Assembly: GCA_028534125.1 (NCBI GenBank)
Contig: CM052817.1
Location: forward strand, 97,404,001-97,464,000
Origin: Lama glama
Lineage: Eukaryota
Direction of reading: 5' to 3'
DNA: 60,000 bases
In this document: positions 40,870 to 52,565 of the stretch, piece by piece
Numbering within the stretch: position 1 is the stretch's first letter
Layout: the number at the start of each line of letters is the position of its first letter
Translations under genes and position numbers: made by a program
Notes under the pieces: model-generated
What the model was told of the DNA's origin: nothing
What the model saw: the letters and a program-made list of their open reading frames with translations, nothing else
Databases searched by the model: none

Positions 40870-42625
40870 TCAGCAAGTCATAATCTTTTTGCTGGTGGAG
40901 GGTCTTGCCTCGATGTTGGTAACTGCTAACTGAGCAGAGCAGTGGTTGCTGAAGGCTGGGTGGCTGTGGCAATTTCTTAAAACAAGACAACAGTGAAGTC
41001 TGCTGCCATCGATTGACTTTTTTGCACAGATGATTTCTCTGCAGCATGCAATACTGTTTGACAGCATTTTATCCACAGTAGAACTTCTTTCAAAATTGGA
41101 GTCAATCCAACATAATGTTGTATGTCTGCTATATTTCAATTTCCTTTCAAACCCTACCACTGCTTCATCAACTAAGCTGATGTAATATTCTAAGTCCTTT
41201 GTTTCATTTCAACAATCTTCAGAGCATCTTTATTAGGAGTGGATTCCATCTCAAGCAACCACCTCCTTTTCTCGCCCTTAGGAAGCTACTTCTCATCCAT
41301 TCACGAGACTGTAGCAATTCTGTCACACCTTCAGGCTCCACTTCTAATTCTAGTTCTCTTACTGTTTCCACCATATCTGCAGTTGTTTCCTTCACTGAAG
41401 GCTTGAACCCCTCCAAGTCACCCATGAGGGTTGGAATCAACTTCTTCCAAACCCCTGTTAATGTCAATACTTTGAACTCTTCCCATGAATCACAGAAATT
41501 CTTAATGGCATCTAGAATGTGAATCCCTTCCAGAAGGTTTTCAATCGATTTTACCCAGATCCATCAAAGGAATCATTATCTACAGCAGCTATAGCTTTAC
41601 GAAATGTATTTCTTAAAAAATAAGACTTGAAAGTTGAAATTGCTCCTTGATCCACAGGCTGCAGAACAGATGTGTTAGCAGACATGAAAACTTGAATCTC
41701 GTCATTCATCTCACCCCCATCAGAGCTCCTGGGTGACCAGATGCATTGTCAATGAGCAATCATACTGTGAAAGGCATCTTTTTCTCTAAGAAACAGGTCT
41801 CAAATGTTCAGTGAACCATGTTGTAAACAGCTGTGCTGTCATTCAGGCTTTGTAGTTCCATTTGTGGAGCACAGGCAGAGTAGACTTAGCATAACTCTTA
41901 AGGGCTCTAGGATTTTCCTAGTGGTAAATGAGCACTGGCTTCAACTTAAAGTCACCAGTTGCATTAGCCCCTAACAAGAGTCACCATGTACTCTGAGGTT
42001 TTGAAGCCAGGCACTGACTTCTCCTCTCTAGCTATGGAAGTCCTAGAAGGTATCATCTTCCAACAGAAGGCTGTTAAGCCTATACTGAAAATCTGTGGTT
42101 TAGCACAGCCACCTTCATGAATTATCTCAGCTCAACCTTCTGGACAACTTGCTGTACTTTCTTTATCAGTACTTGCTGCTTAACTTTGCACTTCTGTGTT
42201 ATGGCGTCTTTCCTTAAGCTTCATGAAACAACCTCTGCTAGCTTCGAACTTTTCTTCTGCAGCTCCCGCACCTCTCTCAGCCTTCACAGAGTTGAAGAGA
42301 GCTAGGGTTTTGCTTTGGATTAGGCTTTGGCTTAAGGGAACGTTCTGGCTGGTTTGATCTTCTGTCCTGACCACTAAAATTTTCTCTGTATCAGCAATAA
42401 GGTTGTTTTGCTTTCTTATCATTTGTGTGTTCACTGGAGGAGCACTTTTCATTTCCTTCAGGAACTTTTCCTTTGCATTCCCATCTTGGCTCACTGACAC
42501 AAGAGTCCTAGCTTTTAGCCTGTCTCAGCTTTCGATATGCCTTCCTCACTAAGCTTAATTATTTCTAGCTTTTGATTTAAAGTGAAAGACATAAGTCTTC
42601 CTTTCATTGAACACTCAGAAGCCAT
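40870..42625 (-). pseudogene. Disrupted Tigger1 transposase
   Basis: Start ATGGCTTCTGAG at 42625. ORF fragments [25 protein letters not shown]..., GVWKKLIPTLMGDLEGFK...ELELEVEPE..., [24 protein letters not shown] are pogo/TIGD1-like. Multiple stops and frameshifts. Confidence 0.9.
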
Positions 42626-42651
42626 TTTAGTGTTATTAATTGGCCTAATTT

Positions 42652-43140
42652 TTTTTTATTGAAGTATAGTTGATTTACAATGGTGTGTTAATTTCTGGTG
42701 TATAGCATAGTGATTCAGTGATACAAATACATACTCTTTTTCATATTCTTTTTCATTATAGGCCATTACAAGGTATTGAATATAGTTCCCTGTGCTATAT
42801 AGTAGGGCCTTGTTGTTTATCTATTTTATATATAGTAGTTTGCATCTATGAATCCCAAGCTCCTAATTTATCCCTCCTCACCTCCTCCTCCCACCCCGAT
42901 AACTATAAGTTTATTTTCTATGTCTGTAAGTGTGTCTCTGTTTTGTATTTTCTATGTCTGTAAGTGTGTCTCTGTTTCATTGTGTGGCTTTTTTTTTTCA
43001 GATTCCACATATAAGTGGTATCATATGGTATTTTTCTTTCTCTTTCTGGGCTTACTTCACTTAGTATGATGATCTCTAGGTCCACCCAAGTTGCTACAAA
43101 TGGCATTATTTTATTCTTTTTCATTGCCAAGTAGTATTCC

Positions 43141-43183
<43 letters not shown>

Positions 43184-43690
43184 ACACCACAACTTCTTTA
43201 TCTAGTCATCTGCTGATGGACATTTAGGTTGTTTCCATACCTTGGCTACCATAAGTATTGCTGCTATGAACACTGGGGTGCATTATCTTTTCAAATTAGA
43301 GTTTCCTTTAGATATATGCCCAGGAGAGGGACTGCTAGATCATATGGTAAGTCTATTTTCAGTTTTTTAAGGAATCTTCTTAATGTTTTCCATAATAGCT
43401 GCACCAAACTACATTCCCACCAGCAATGTTGGAGGGTTTCCTTTTCTCCACCCCTTCTTTGGCATTTATCGTTTAGGGACTTTTGAATGATGGCCATTCT
43501 GACTGCTGTGAGGTGATACCTCACTGCAGTTTTGATTTGCATTTCTCTGATAATTAGTGATGCTGTGCCTATTGGCTATCTGTATGTCTGCACTGGAGAA
43601 ATGTTTAAGTCTTCTCCCTATTTTTTGACTGGGTTGTCTGCTTTTTTGTTATTGAGTTGTATGAGCTGTTTGTATATTTTGGAAATTAAG
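42652..43690 (-). mobile_element. L1 (ORF2 C-terminus plus 3'UTR) inserted into Tigger1
   Basis: TSD taa(t/c)tggcctaattt at 42637-42651 and 43691-43705. ORF 43291-43542 (MQIKTAVRYHLT...[15 protein letters not shown]) matches the L1 ORF2p C-terminal Cys-rich region. (TG)n at 43143-43181; internal ~34-bp tandem duplication at 42912-42977. Confidence 0.93.
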
Positions 43691-44846
43691 TAACTGGCCT
43701 AATTTCAACATTGTTGTGTTTCAGGGAATAGGGAGGCCTGAGGAGAGGGAGAGAGATGAGAAGATGGCCAGTTGGTGAAGCAGTCAGAACACACACATAT
43801 CATTCACTGATTAAGTCTGCTATCTTATATGGGCATGGTTTGTGATGCCCCAAACAATTTAAAGAGTAACATCAAAGATCACTAATCACAGATTACCATA
43901 ACAAACATAATAATGAAAAACGCTGAAACACTATGAGAATTACTGAAATGTGACACAGAGACATGAGGTGAGCAAATGTTGTTGGAAAAAATGGTGCTTA
44001 CAGACTTGCTCAATGCAAAGTTACCACCAACCTTCAATTTGTAAAAAACGCAGTATCTGTGAAGTGCAATAAAATGAGGTCTGCCTCTACTTTTAATCTT
44101 CATAGAAGGCCCTACTATTTTAACCACTGCATAGAGAAAACAGCCTCAGAAGTGAAATGGCTTGTTCAAACTCACAAAACCTACCAGGACTCGACCCAAG
44201 ATCAAAAGACAAATCTGTCCAACTCCAAGTCTCCCAATCTCAGGCACCTCAATCAGTGAGCAGCGTATTAAGGGACCAAATACATGTTACACAGATGTAA
44301 TCATTATGTATTTTTATAGCACATAAAATTAATGCCTATAATTTCCATGACATTATACATTCAATAGGCTAGTCTGGGTATTTTATTCTAAATTATAATG
44401 TAATTTCTTTTTCAAAATATGCTATGAATGGCAGTAATCAATTTAGCAGAGTTTTTAAAACATAATCTATTTATAGGTTACTAACTTCTTACTGCCAACC
44501 AAGAGATCTGTTTTGAAGAAAAGATCAAAGTAAATCACTCTTAGTAATATTAAAAGAAAGCTATAGATAGGATCTTATAAATAAAGTAGGACCGCACATA
44601 AAGCAGTGAAACAGTATTACCCCCTCTCCCAACAAAAAAGACCTGCCCCCACCCATATTCTTAAAAAAATGAAAATGGTTAAAGTCTCAATGTCCTCACA
44701 GACAATATCTTCAAAACCAGTTTGTAACCACAAGATAAAGATAATTTGCCCAAAGTGTAAATAAGGCCTACAGTAAGTAAACACTCAGAATCATCTCAAA
44801 ATTAACCTGTGACAAGGGTTAAAATATTCACAACTTGATTATTTTA

Positions 44847-45015
44847 CTTTTGTTTTGTTTTTTCCTTTCTCCTTCTTTTTCCTTTTTTTCCCCCTTGGGG
44901 GAAGAAGTAATTAGGTTTATTTATTTACCTAATTTTTAAGTGGAGGTACTAGGAATTGAACCCAGGACCCTGTGCGTGCCAGGCAGGCACTCTACCACTG
45001 AGCTATCCCCTCCCC
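44847..45015 (-). mobile_element. Vic-1-type tRNA-derived SINE (camelid)
   Basis: Minus strand ggggaggggatagctcagtggtagagtgc...gtcctgggttcaattcctagtacctcc with Pol III A and B boxes and an A-rich tail; TSD ttgattatttta at 44835-44846 and 45016-45027. Confidence 0.85.
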
Positions 45016-48000
45016 TTGATTATTTTAATACAGGATAACATGTAGGGTAGAATGAACCATCATCATGCTGCATGTTTCATTAAACTGCATAAAAAGTGGC
45101 TATAATAATATGAACTAAAGCTGCAATGTTGAATGATTGTCTAGCATTTTCCTTTCTGAGCTGAGAAAACCAAGCCTTAGGCAACAAGGACGGCGATAAA
45201 TCCACTGAAGGAAGAGGCGTTTTACCTTCAAGTAAATCAAGACAACGCAGTTATAACTTTCCTAGGCTCCAGTTTACAGTAGCCGAGAAATCTAGTTGAT
45301 CCTGGTTTCTTTTAGAAAGATTTCACACTTGGGCCTCTGGTTAACAATTATGGGCTTTCTCTATTTTGAATGGGTCTGAAATTAAACATGACGGCTTTGC
45401 CGCAATTTTACAAAGTTTTATGAAATGTTAAACAGCAGCTGTATGACTAGGGATTTGCCACACCAAAATGTAAACCAACATCACCAGTGCAAAGGGGCTA
45501 AGTTTACAACTTTAACACCGTAATCCAAGGACACAGTTTGACTTCACAAGGTCTATAAATAAGCACCTTTTAAAGCTGAATGACAGCAATAAGGAACTAC
45601 CACTTAGTAAAAACGACAGGGGTTTTTGTCGTCTTTTAAAAACCAAGACTCCCTGGCAATTTGGGGGGAAGGGAAAGCAATAAATTTTACGTAGACTCAC
45701 TTGGCATCTACTGTTCCACATATTCAAAGCAGAATTCAAATGATCATATATGATAAATAATGCATGTTTTCTGTTAACCCAAATATTAAGAATATAAAAC
45801 CAACATTTTCTACATGTACTAATAGAAGCTAAAAATTTTCACATCAATAGGTGAATATCTGGTAGTAATTTACTTACTCATATATATATATATATGTTTT
45901 ATACACAGTATAGTATACACCTTTATATGTATTTAAAAGCACATTGGATTCTCTTTGCCCATAAGAAAGCATAATGAGAACTGTATTACTAATTTATTTT
46001 TTCTGAATATTACTGACAAAGAAATAAAGACATACCACATGACCCCATTAAGTTTTTTTTTAATTCTAATGGCACACATGAAACTTACTAATATTCCGCA
46101 CATCAACACCAAGCATGGTTTCTGAACTTATTCCTCAAGCCTGAAATTCAGTACACATGCTAAACAAACAAGAAATTGTATTTGCTGAATGTAATTTCCC
46201 CCAACTGCATACAACGGGTTTTTCTTATTCTATTTGGTAAAAACTACAGACTTTCCGTGTTTTCATCAATTCTGTAGCCAAAATGTTCTATTATCTGTTC
46301 TTCATAAGATGCAATGTAAGTGGAGAACTGTGAATTCATTTAATAAAACATTTCACTGCGTTGTACTGTTTCTTTTCAAAATCAGTTCAAAAAAAGTACT
46401 GGGAGCTGGGCGTATCGGTAAGCACTCTGCAATTATAGGTCCCATAGTAACTGCAAAGGAAGACTCAACAGTGACAAAGGTCGTCAGGGCAAAGTCTGAA
46501 CAACTCTATTCCTGGAAGAATCCTCTCCCAGGATGCCATTTTCCTGAAGGCAGAAGGGAGATCCTAGATCTTCCCATGCCCATTTTATCAAAGTGGAGGA
46601 ACATGCCTCTGGGTGTCCACAGGCCCATCAGAGGTTAGCAGGCATCTAAGCACAAACAGAACTTGGATTCAGGGAGCTGCATCGTAACCACGGAGACCCA
46701 CCTATAGGACAGCAACACGGAGCCTGCCAAAGACAGAATGTGAGAGAGAAGCTACCATTGAAATGAAAGAACAAATCCCCAGGAAAACAGACTTATCACA
46801 TCACCATTATATAACAGGAAGAAACCCTATGCATCACGCGGCTTGTGCTAAAATGCTTAGTGATCTCATTCTTACCATAACAAATTATCTGCCAGAAAAG
46901 CCCTTCAAGGTCAAACCCTGGCAACAATTAAAAAATAATGAAAAGCATTCATCCCTAAGGCAGAGTTAGAATGTTTTAGTTTGAAGCAACATGCTGTATA
47001 TTTTATTAGCTATAACTTGTTTAATTATTCATTGCAACTCTTCTATTCCGTGCAGAAACCTCAGGTTGCTCAGATTTCTATCTGAAACTCTTTTTTTATT
47101 TTCCTTATTCAAGGACAAATGCCTTAAGAGACCAAAATGTCTATCCACTATTTTCAACTGGACAGAGAGATATATTTGTTTAGAATAAAATACTAAATTA
47201 AAGCCAGCAAGAGACAGATGGAAAAAAAGGGGGGAGAGAAGGGTGAGGAAAAAAGAGAGACAGACAGACACATGATTTCATCGTCACAAATCATGCAAAC
47301 CTCTGGACTAGACTTTCTACCAGGATGCTCCTTCTGTACCTGGGCCACGTGTGCCCCTCGAGTCCTGCCTGCCTTCTCCACACACCTGTGCTGCTCTCTG
47401 TGTCCAGGACCCTGTGCAGTCTTAAAGGCAGGCTGGAGCATCACCAGCCACCTTCCAAAAGCCTCCACATGGTTTCCCATCAGTGATGCCACCAGTCTCT
47501 CCTTGAGTTGCTTCCTGGCACGTTTTGCCCCTAAATACAGGGCTGTTATCATCGGGCTAATAACCGTGCTCTCTGCTGGAGGAGCAGACAGGTATGGAGG
47601 AAGTGGGGGCATCCTGCACTGGGATGCCAATGTGACTGGTGTCTGCATGCCTCAAACCAGCCTGAGGAACGTCTGCAGAGAAGGTCCCCTCGTTCATGTG
47701 AAATTGAGGACCCCCCTCCCTCTTTCTCCTCGTCTCTGAACATGACACTTTAACACCCAAATTCACAGGGCCACTTCCTTTGTGTGGGCACAGATCTGAG
47801 CCACAGGTGAGTCTCAAAGGGGTCGGATTCCAGAACAATGAACGGCATACCTTAGCTCTCCTTTCCATACACATGAAAGCCTTCATGAGTAACCTGACGG
47901 TAATTTCCCATAACCGTGACCACCGACATTCCATACACGTGGTCAGCCTCATGTGTGGTGATGCCAACAAGAGCGAGATTCGGAGTCCAACTGGGGAAGT

Positions 48001-48399
48001 TGGAGGCAACAGACTCAAATCATCAAAACATCTTTTCCCTTGGAGGGATCACAGTGATTCATTCCACAACCTCGTTTTAGAGTCCAAGGGAGAAAACCCT
48101 TATGGCCAGAAGAATGAAGCAGCTTGCTGAGCATTACAGAGTCAGATCGAGGGCCGGACCCCTAACACCGGGTCTGTAGCACCTCTGTTACACTACAAAT
48201 TGCTGGAATTTGAGAACTCCCTGTGATCAACTGCAAAAGAAAGGACTACAGAATCTTAACTTCTTTCTGCTCTGCTCTTTAGAGCTTGTCTTGTCCCTAA
48301 ATCAATGATAAAAAATGTCTTTCTCTCACACGTGCCATTTTCCTGGGCTTCATCTTGGCATCTCTGCACACAGGTGTGGGAGGTCCATCTACCCATCTG

Positions 48400-49420
48400 G
48401 TCTAGTCTATCTTCATTTTCCCTGAGTGACACAACCCCTGTTATGTGCAGGGCAGCACTCCCCAGCTGAGAAACTACATACCCCAACCCCGGGTTCAGTT
48501 GCAGATGACAGAGACCTAACTCTGGCCCAGGAGATATAAGCAGAAGTTGCCAGTGGGAGCTCCCAGGAAAACTCTTTAAAAGTGAGCAGACTTAACTGGC
48601 TGGTGCCTTTATCTCCTTGCCTTTTACCTTCTCTGTTCCTAGGAAGATCCTGGAGGTGTAGCAGCCACTTTGTCATCATGAGGCAACAAGCATGAAGACG
48701 AAAGCTGGACAACCAAAGGGAAGACTAAGCAGAAAATCAGAAAGATCCTCAGAGCCGATGACATTTTAAGGCTACCTGCCTGCCTCGGGGTTACCTTTCT
48801 AGAGACAAAAAAAACAGACCTTGGTTTTTTGTTTGTTTGTTTGTTGGTTTTCAAATTGAAGTATAGTTGATTTGCAGTGTTGTGTCAGTTTTAGGTGTAG
48901 AGCAGTCATTCAGTTGTACATATACATATACATACACAAATCATTTTTCAAATTCTTTTCCATTATAGGTTATTATAAGATATTGAATATAGTTCCCTGT
49001 GCTATACAGTAGAACCTTGTTGTTTATTTTATATATAGTAGTGTGTATCTGCTTAACCCAAACTTCACATTTATCCCTCTCTACCTTTCCCCTTTGGTAA
49101 CCATAGTTTTATTTTCTGTCTGTGAGTCTATTTCTGGCTTGTAAAAAAAAGTTCATTTGTATCATTTTTTTTAAGATTCCGCATATAAGTGATATCATAT
49201 GATATTTGTCTTTCTCTGTCTGACTTACTTCACTTAGTATGATAATCTCTAGGTCCATCCATGTTGCTGCAAATGGCATTATTTCATTCTTTTTTTATGG
49301 CTGAGTAATATTCCATTGTGTATATGTATCACATCTTTATCCACTCATCTGTTTGAGTAAGCCACTGTGGCTCGAGTTTTCTGTTACATACAGCTAAAAT
49401 TTTTGCTTATTTATATACCA
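48400..49420 (+). mobile_element. MaLR (MLT1-type) LTR split by an L1
   Basis: ctctggcccaggagatataagcagaagt...gcagccactttgtcatcatgagg..., resuming after the L1 with taagccactg...ttctgttacatacagc. Confidence 0.65.
48824..49352 (-). mobile_element. L1 3' end
   Basis: (TTTG)n tail then aattgaagtatagttgatttgcag...tctaggtccatccatgttgctgcaaatggc. Confidence 0.9.
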
Positions 49421-51659
49421 GGTGTCAACAGATGTCACCATGAACAAGGAAAAAAAATCACAATTCTATATTTTCAATTGTACACTTCAAAAAAAAATGT
49501 TTATGGTAGCATGTTTAGACCAATCACTGACTGAATGCTAACTTACTAGAATTAACATACAGCAACACTGCTCTGAGGGGGAGAACCAGTTGGGACAACT
49601 CTTGGAAGAGATACCAGTGTGTCCCACTGTGAAAAATACAACTATTTATATGCTTTAAGTGCTAAAACTGGTTGTATCTTGAGAAAACTTGAGGTAGAGT
49701 GGGTCCATAACTTCTGGTAATCTCTTAAGAATTTAACAGTGACAGCAACATCCCCTATAGGAAGTGGGGACACTGTTTTCTCAAAAGGATATTTATTCTA
49801 AATAGCTGATTTCTCAATGTCTAAATTCTGAAATTTAGAGCAAGCAGGATTTTACAGGTGGTGCAAAGAACATTCAGGCATCTAGTTACCCACATCCCAT
49901 CAAACACTTTGTAGCCAGAAATACAGTCAGAATCTGAATGCACCACTAAAAATCCTTCCACCTACACTGCGTTTCTGATAAGTCCTTTTCCCGAGACTAC
50001 CCAAGAGTTCCCAGCTAGTATCTCTGCCTCAGCCAGACACATTCATTTTTATTCTGGTCTCATTTGCAAATTCTAGTAAGCTGAAATGAGAAAACGGCTT
50101 CAGAAAATAACTTATCTGCTACAGTAGTTTTCTTTACTTTTTCTCAGAGTATTAGGCAAGTAACTAAAAGTTGAATATGATAGGACGAAACAGTAAACTA
50201 CTGTAAGACTGCATAAGCCTTAGACAGTCACTCTTCTAAATTTCAAATTACACAAATTTTACTCTTCAAAACGTCTATTTGTAGCACATCACAACGTCTC
50301 ATAAAAACATATCAACCATCAGCACCAATCTCAACATGTAAAGCAAGACAGAAAATGACAAAATGCCTAGCTATCAAGAGGAGAACATTAAACAGTCATT
50401 TATTTGGAACTAAACAAACCTATTTCTTAAAAATGCATGTCATTGAGTCTCTATTCTGCCCAAACACTTACTGTAGTCAATGGAAGAACTAGTAGGGATG
50501 GCTGACAACTGAGAGGCACTCTTCAGTCATGGGGCTGGTAGGACACTCAGCTGAGAAAGTAGAGTTTCTCTGGCTCTCTTGAAGCTCGGTCATCCTCAGG
50601 CAGGGGACTTGGGTGGCATAGATCCAGCAGGTTGGAAAGGGACATGTGAACTCATACGCACTGTCTGGGCAGGCACCCTACATACAGCATGCTGGCTTAC
50701 ACGAGAAAGCCTTGCTTGGCTAAGATCATAACTAAGCTATGCTACATGTCAATACTTTAAAGACATATTACACCTCAACTGATTCAATGTTCAGTTTCAA
50801 GGTCTATCTTTCACTGAAGATTCCCACTTTCACCTACCGAAGCAGCACACATGGCTCTCCCTAAGACTCAAGGAGAGCCTCCCTCAGCCATACTCCCTGG
50901 ACTTGGAGGCAATCCAACTGGCAATTAACAGCAGCGAGGGGCCAGGCTGGGTCCTGCAGAACAAGCAAAACCCCACATGACAAAGAGCTCCCTGCAGATA
51001 GAGCCGGTCCAGCTGCATATGAAAAGAAAGATGGCAGGTGCTTTGCCAGGAGTCTACGGTGCACAGCTACAGTGGTTCAGCTACAGGATTCAAAAGATGG
51101 GCGTTCCCACTGGAAATGCACTAGTTTAGGGATATTAATTTGGTAAATTTACCTGTCTCTTCTCTTTACAGTATATTTTCAAAATATACTGTTTTGTAGT
51201 GTCAGAAGTCTTTTTGTCCTTTGCTTTTTTCTTTCCTCATTTATCTCTTAGTTTTATTTTGGTGAAATATGGGGCTTTCCTCTCTTCACAATTACAGGAA
51301 AAATCTCTCATTTAGAGAGGTTGCCAGTTTAAATTTTGATAAGATAATCTTTGTTGATAAGAATTTAAAAACTAAACCGTACCAAAAAGCACATTCTTTG
51401 GATCAAAAGAGATGTATTTTGCATCATCTATGCACTGTATAGTGCTTACATGGAGATAATCAAGTCTTACATGTATATTATTTTCTTTAAATAATCAGAA
51501 CACATGGTATTGTTCACCAACTATAACAGAGCTTTAAGAACAGAAATACTTAAAGGATAAAGAATATTGCTGAGGCTAAAAAATCTACATTTACAGACTA
51601 TTTTTCATATTAAAATGAATTAAGAAATTTAAATGCTAAATATTATTGAAAAAAAATTT

Positions 51660-52565
51660 CATCTGTGCATGCTACATCATCAGGGAAATGCAAATGAAAA
51701 CAATGCAATGCACTACACACCTATTAGAAAGGCCAAAATCCAGAACACTGACAACACCAAATCCTCGCAAGGATGTGGAGCAACAGGAACTCTCATTATT
51801 GGTGGGAATGCCAAATGATACAGCCACTCTGGAAGACGGTGTGGCATTTTCTTACAAAACTAAATTACTCTTAGCATATGATCCAGTAATCATGCTCTTT
51901 CATATTTACACAAATGAACTTACTTAAAGCCACAGAAAAACCTATATAAGAATTGTTTACAGCAACTTTATTCGTAATTGCCAAAACTCGGAGGCAACCA
52001 AGATGCCCTTCAGCAGGTGAATGGATAAACTGTGGTCTTTCCAGATAACGGAATACCATCCAGAGCTAAAAAGAAACGAGCTACCAAGCCATGAAAAGAC
52101 ATGGAGGAACCTTAGATGCATATTACTAAGTGAAAGAAGCCAATCTGAAAAGGCAACATACCGTATGACTCCAACTACATGACATTCTGGGAAAGGCAAA
52201 ACCATGGAGACAGTGAGAAGTTGCCAAGGGCTGATAGGGGAGGGAGAAAGATGAATAGGTGGAACAAAGAGGATTTTTAGGGCAGTGAAAATACCCTGTA
52301 TGACACTGTGATGAGTGGTAGGTGCCTGGCATTATACATGTGTCCAAACTCAGAGAACACACAACAGCAAGAGTGGACTCTAATGCAAACTATGGATTTC
52401 GGGTGATAATGTGTCAATGTAAGCTCACCCTTGGTAACACATCTACCACTCCGGTGAATGATGCTGCTAATGGGGGAGGCTATGTATGTACAGAGAAGGG
52501 GGCATACGGGAATCTCTGCACATTCCTCTTAATTTTGCTGTGAACCTCAAAGTGCTCTTCACAAA
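51660..52565 (+). mobile_element. Old L1M (L1MB/MC-like) ORF2 end and 3'UTR
   Basis: catcagggaaatgcaaatgaaaac...ggatgtggagcaacaggaactctc...aagtgaaagaagccaatctgaaaaggc...ttttgctgtgaacct. Confidence 0.85.

Larger units (their letters stand above)
40653..44087 (-). mobile_element. Near full-length Tigger1 (TcMar/pogo) DNA transposon interrupted by an L1
   Basis: TA-flanked termini ta|caggcatcct...aggtctgcctc|ta; Tigger1-type terminal sequences; about 2.38 kb after removing the L1. Confidence 0.93.

Noticed and set aside
44940..45015. tRNA-like sequence
   Set aside because: It is the head of a SINE with a tail and TSD, not a tRNA gene.
51633..52543. Cluster of short ORFs
   Set aside because: All lie within a decayed L1M ORF2 end and 3'UTR.
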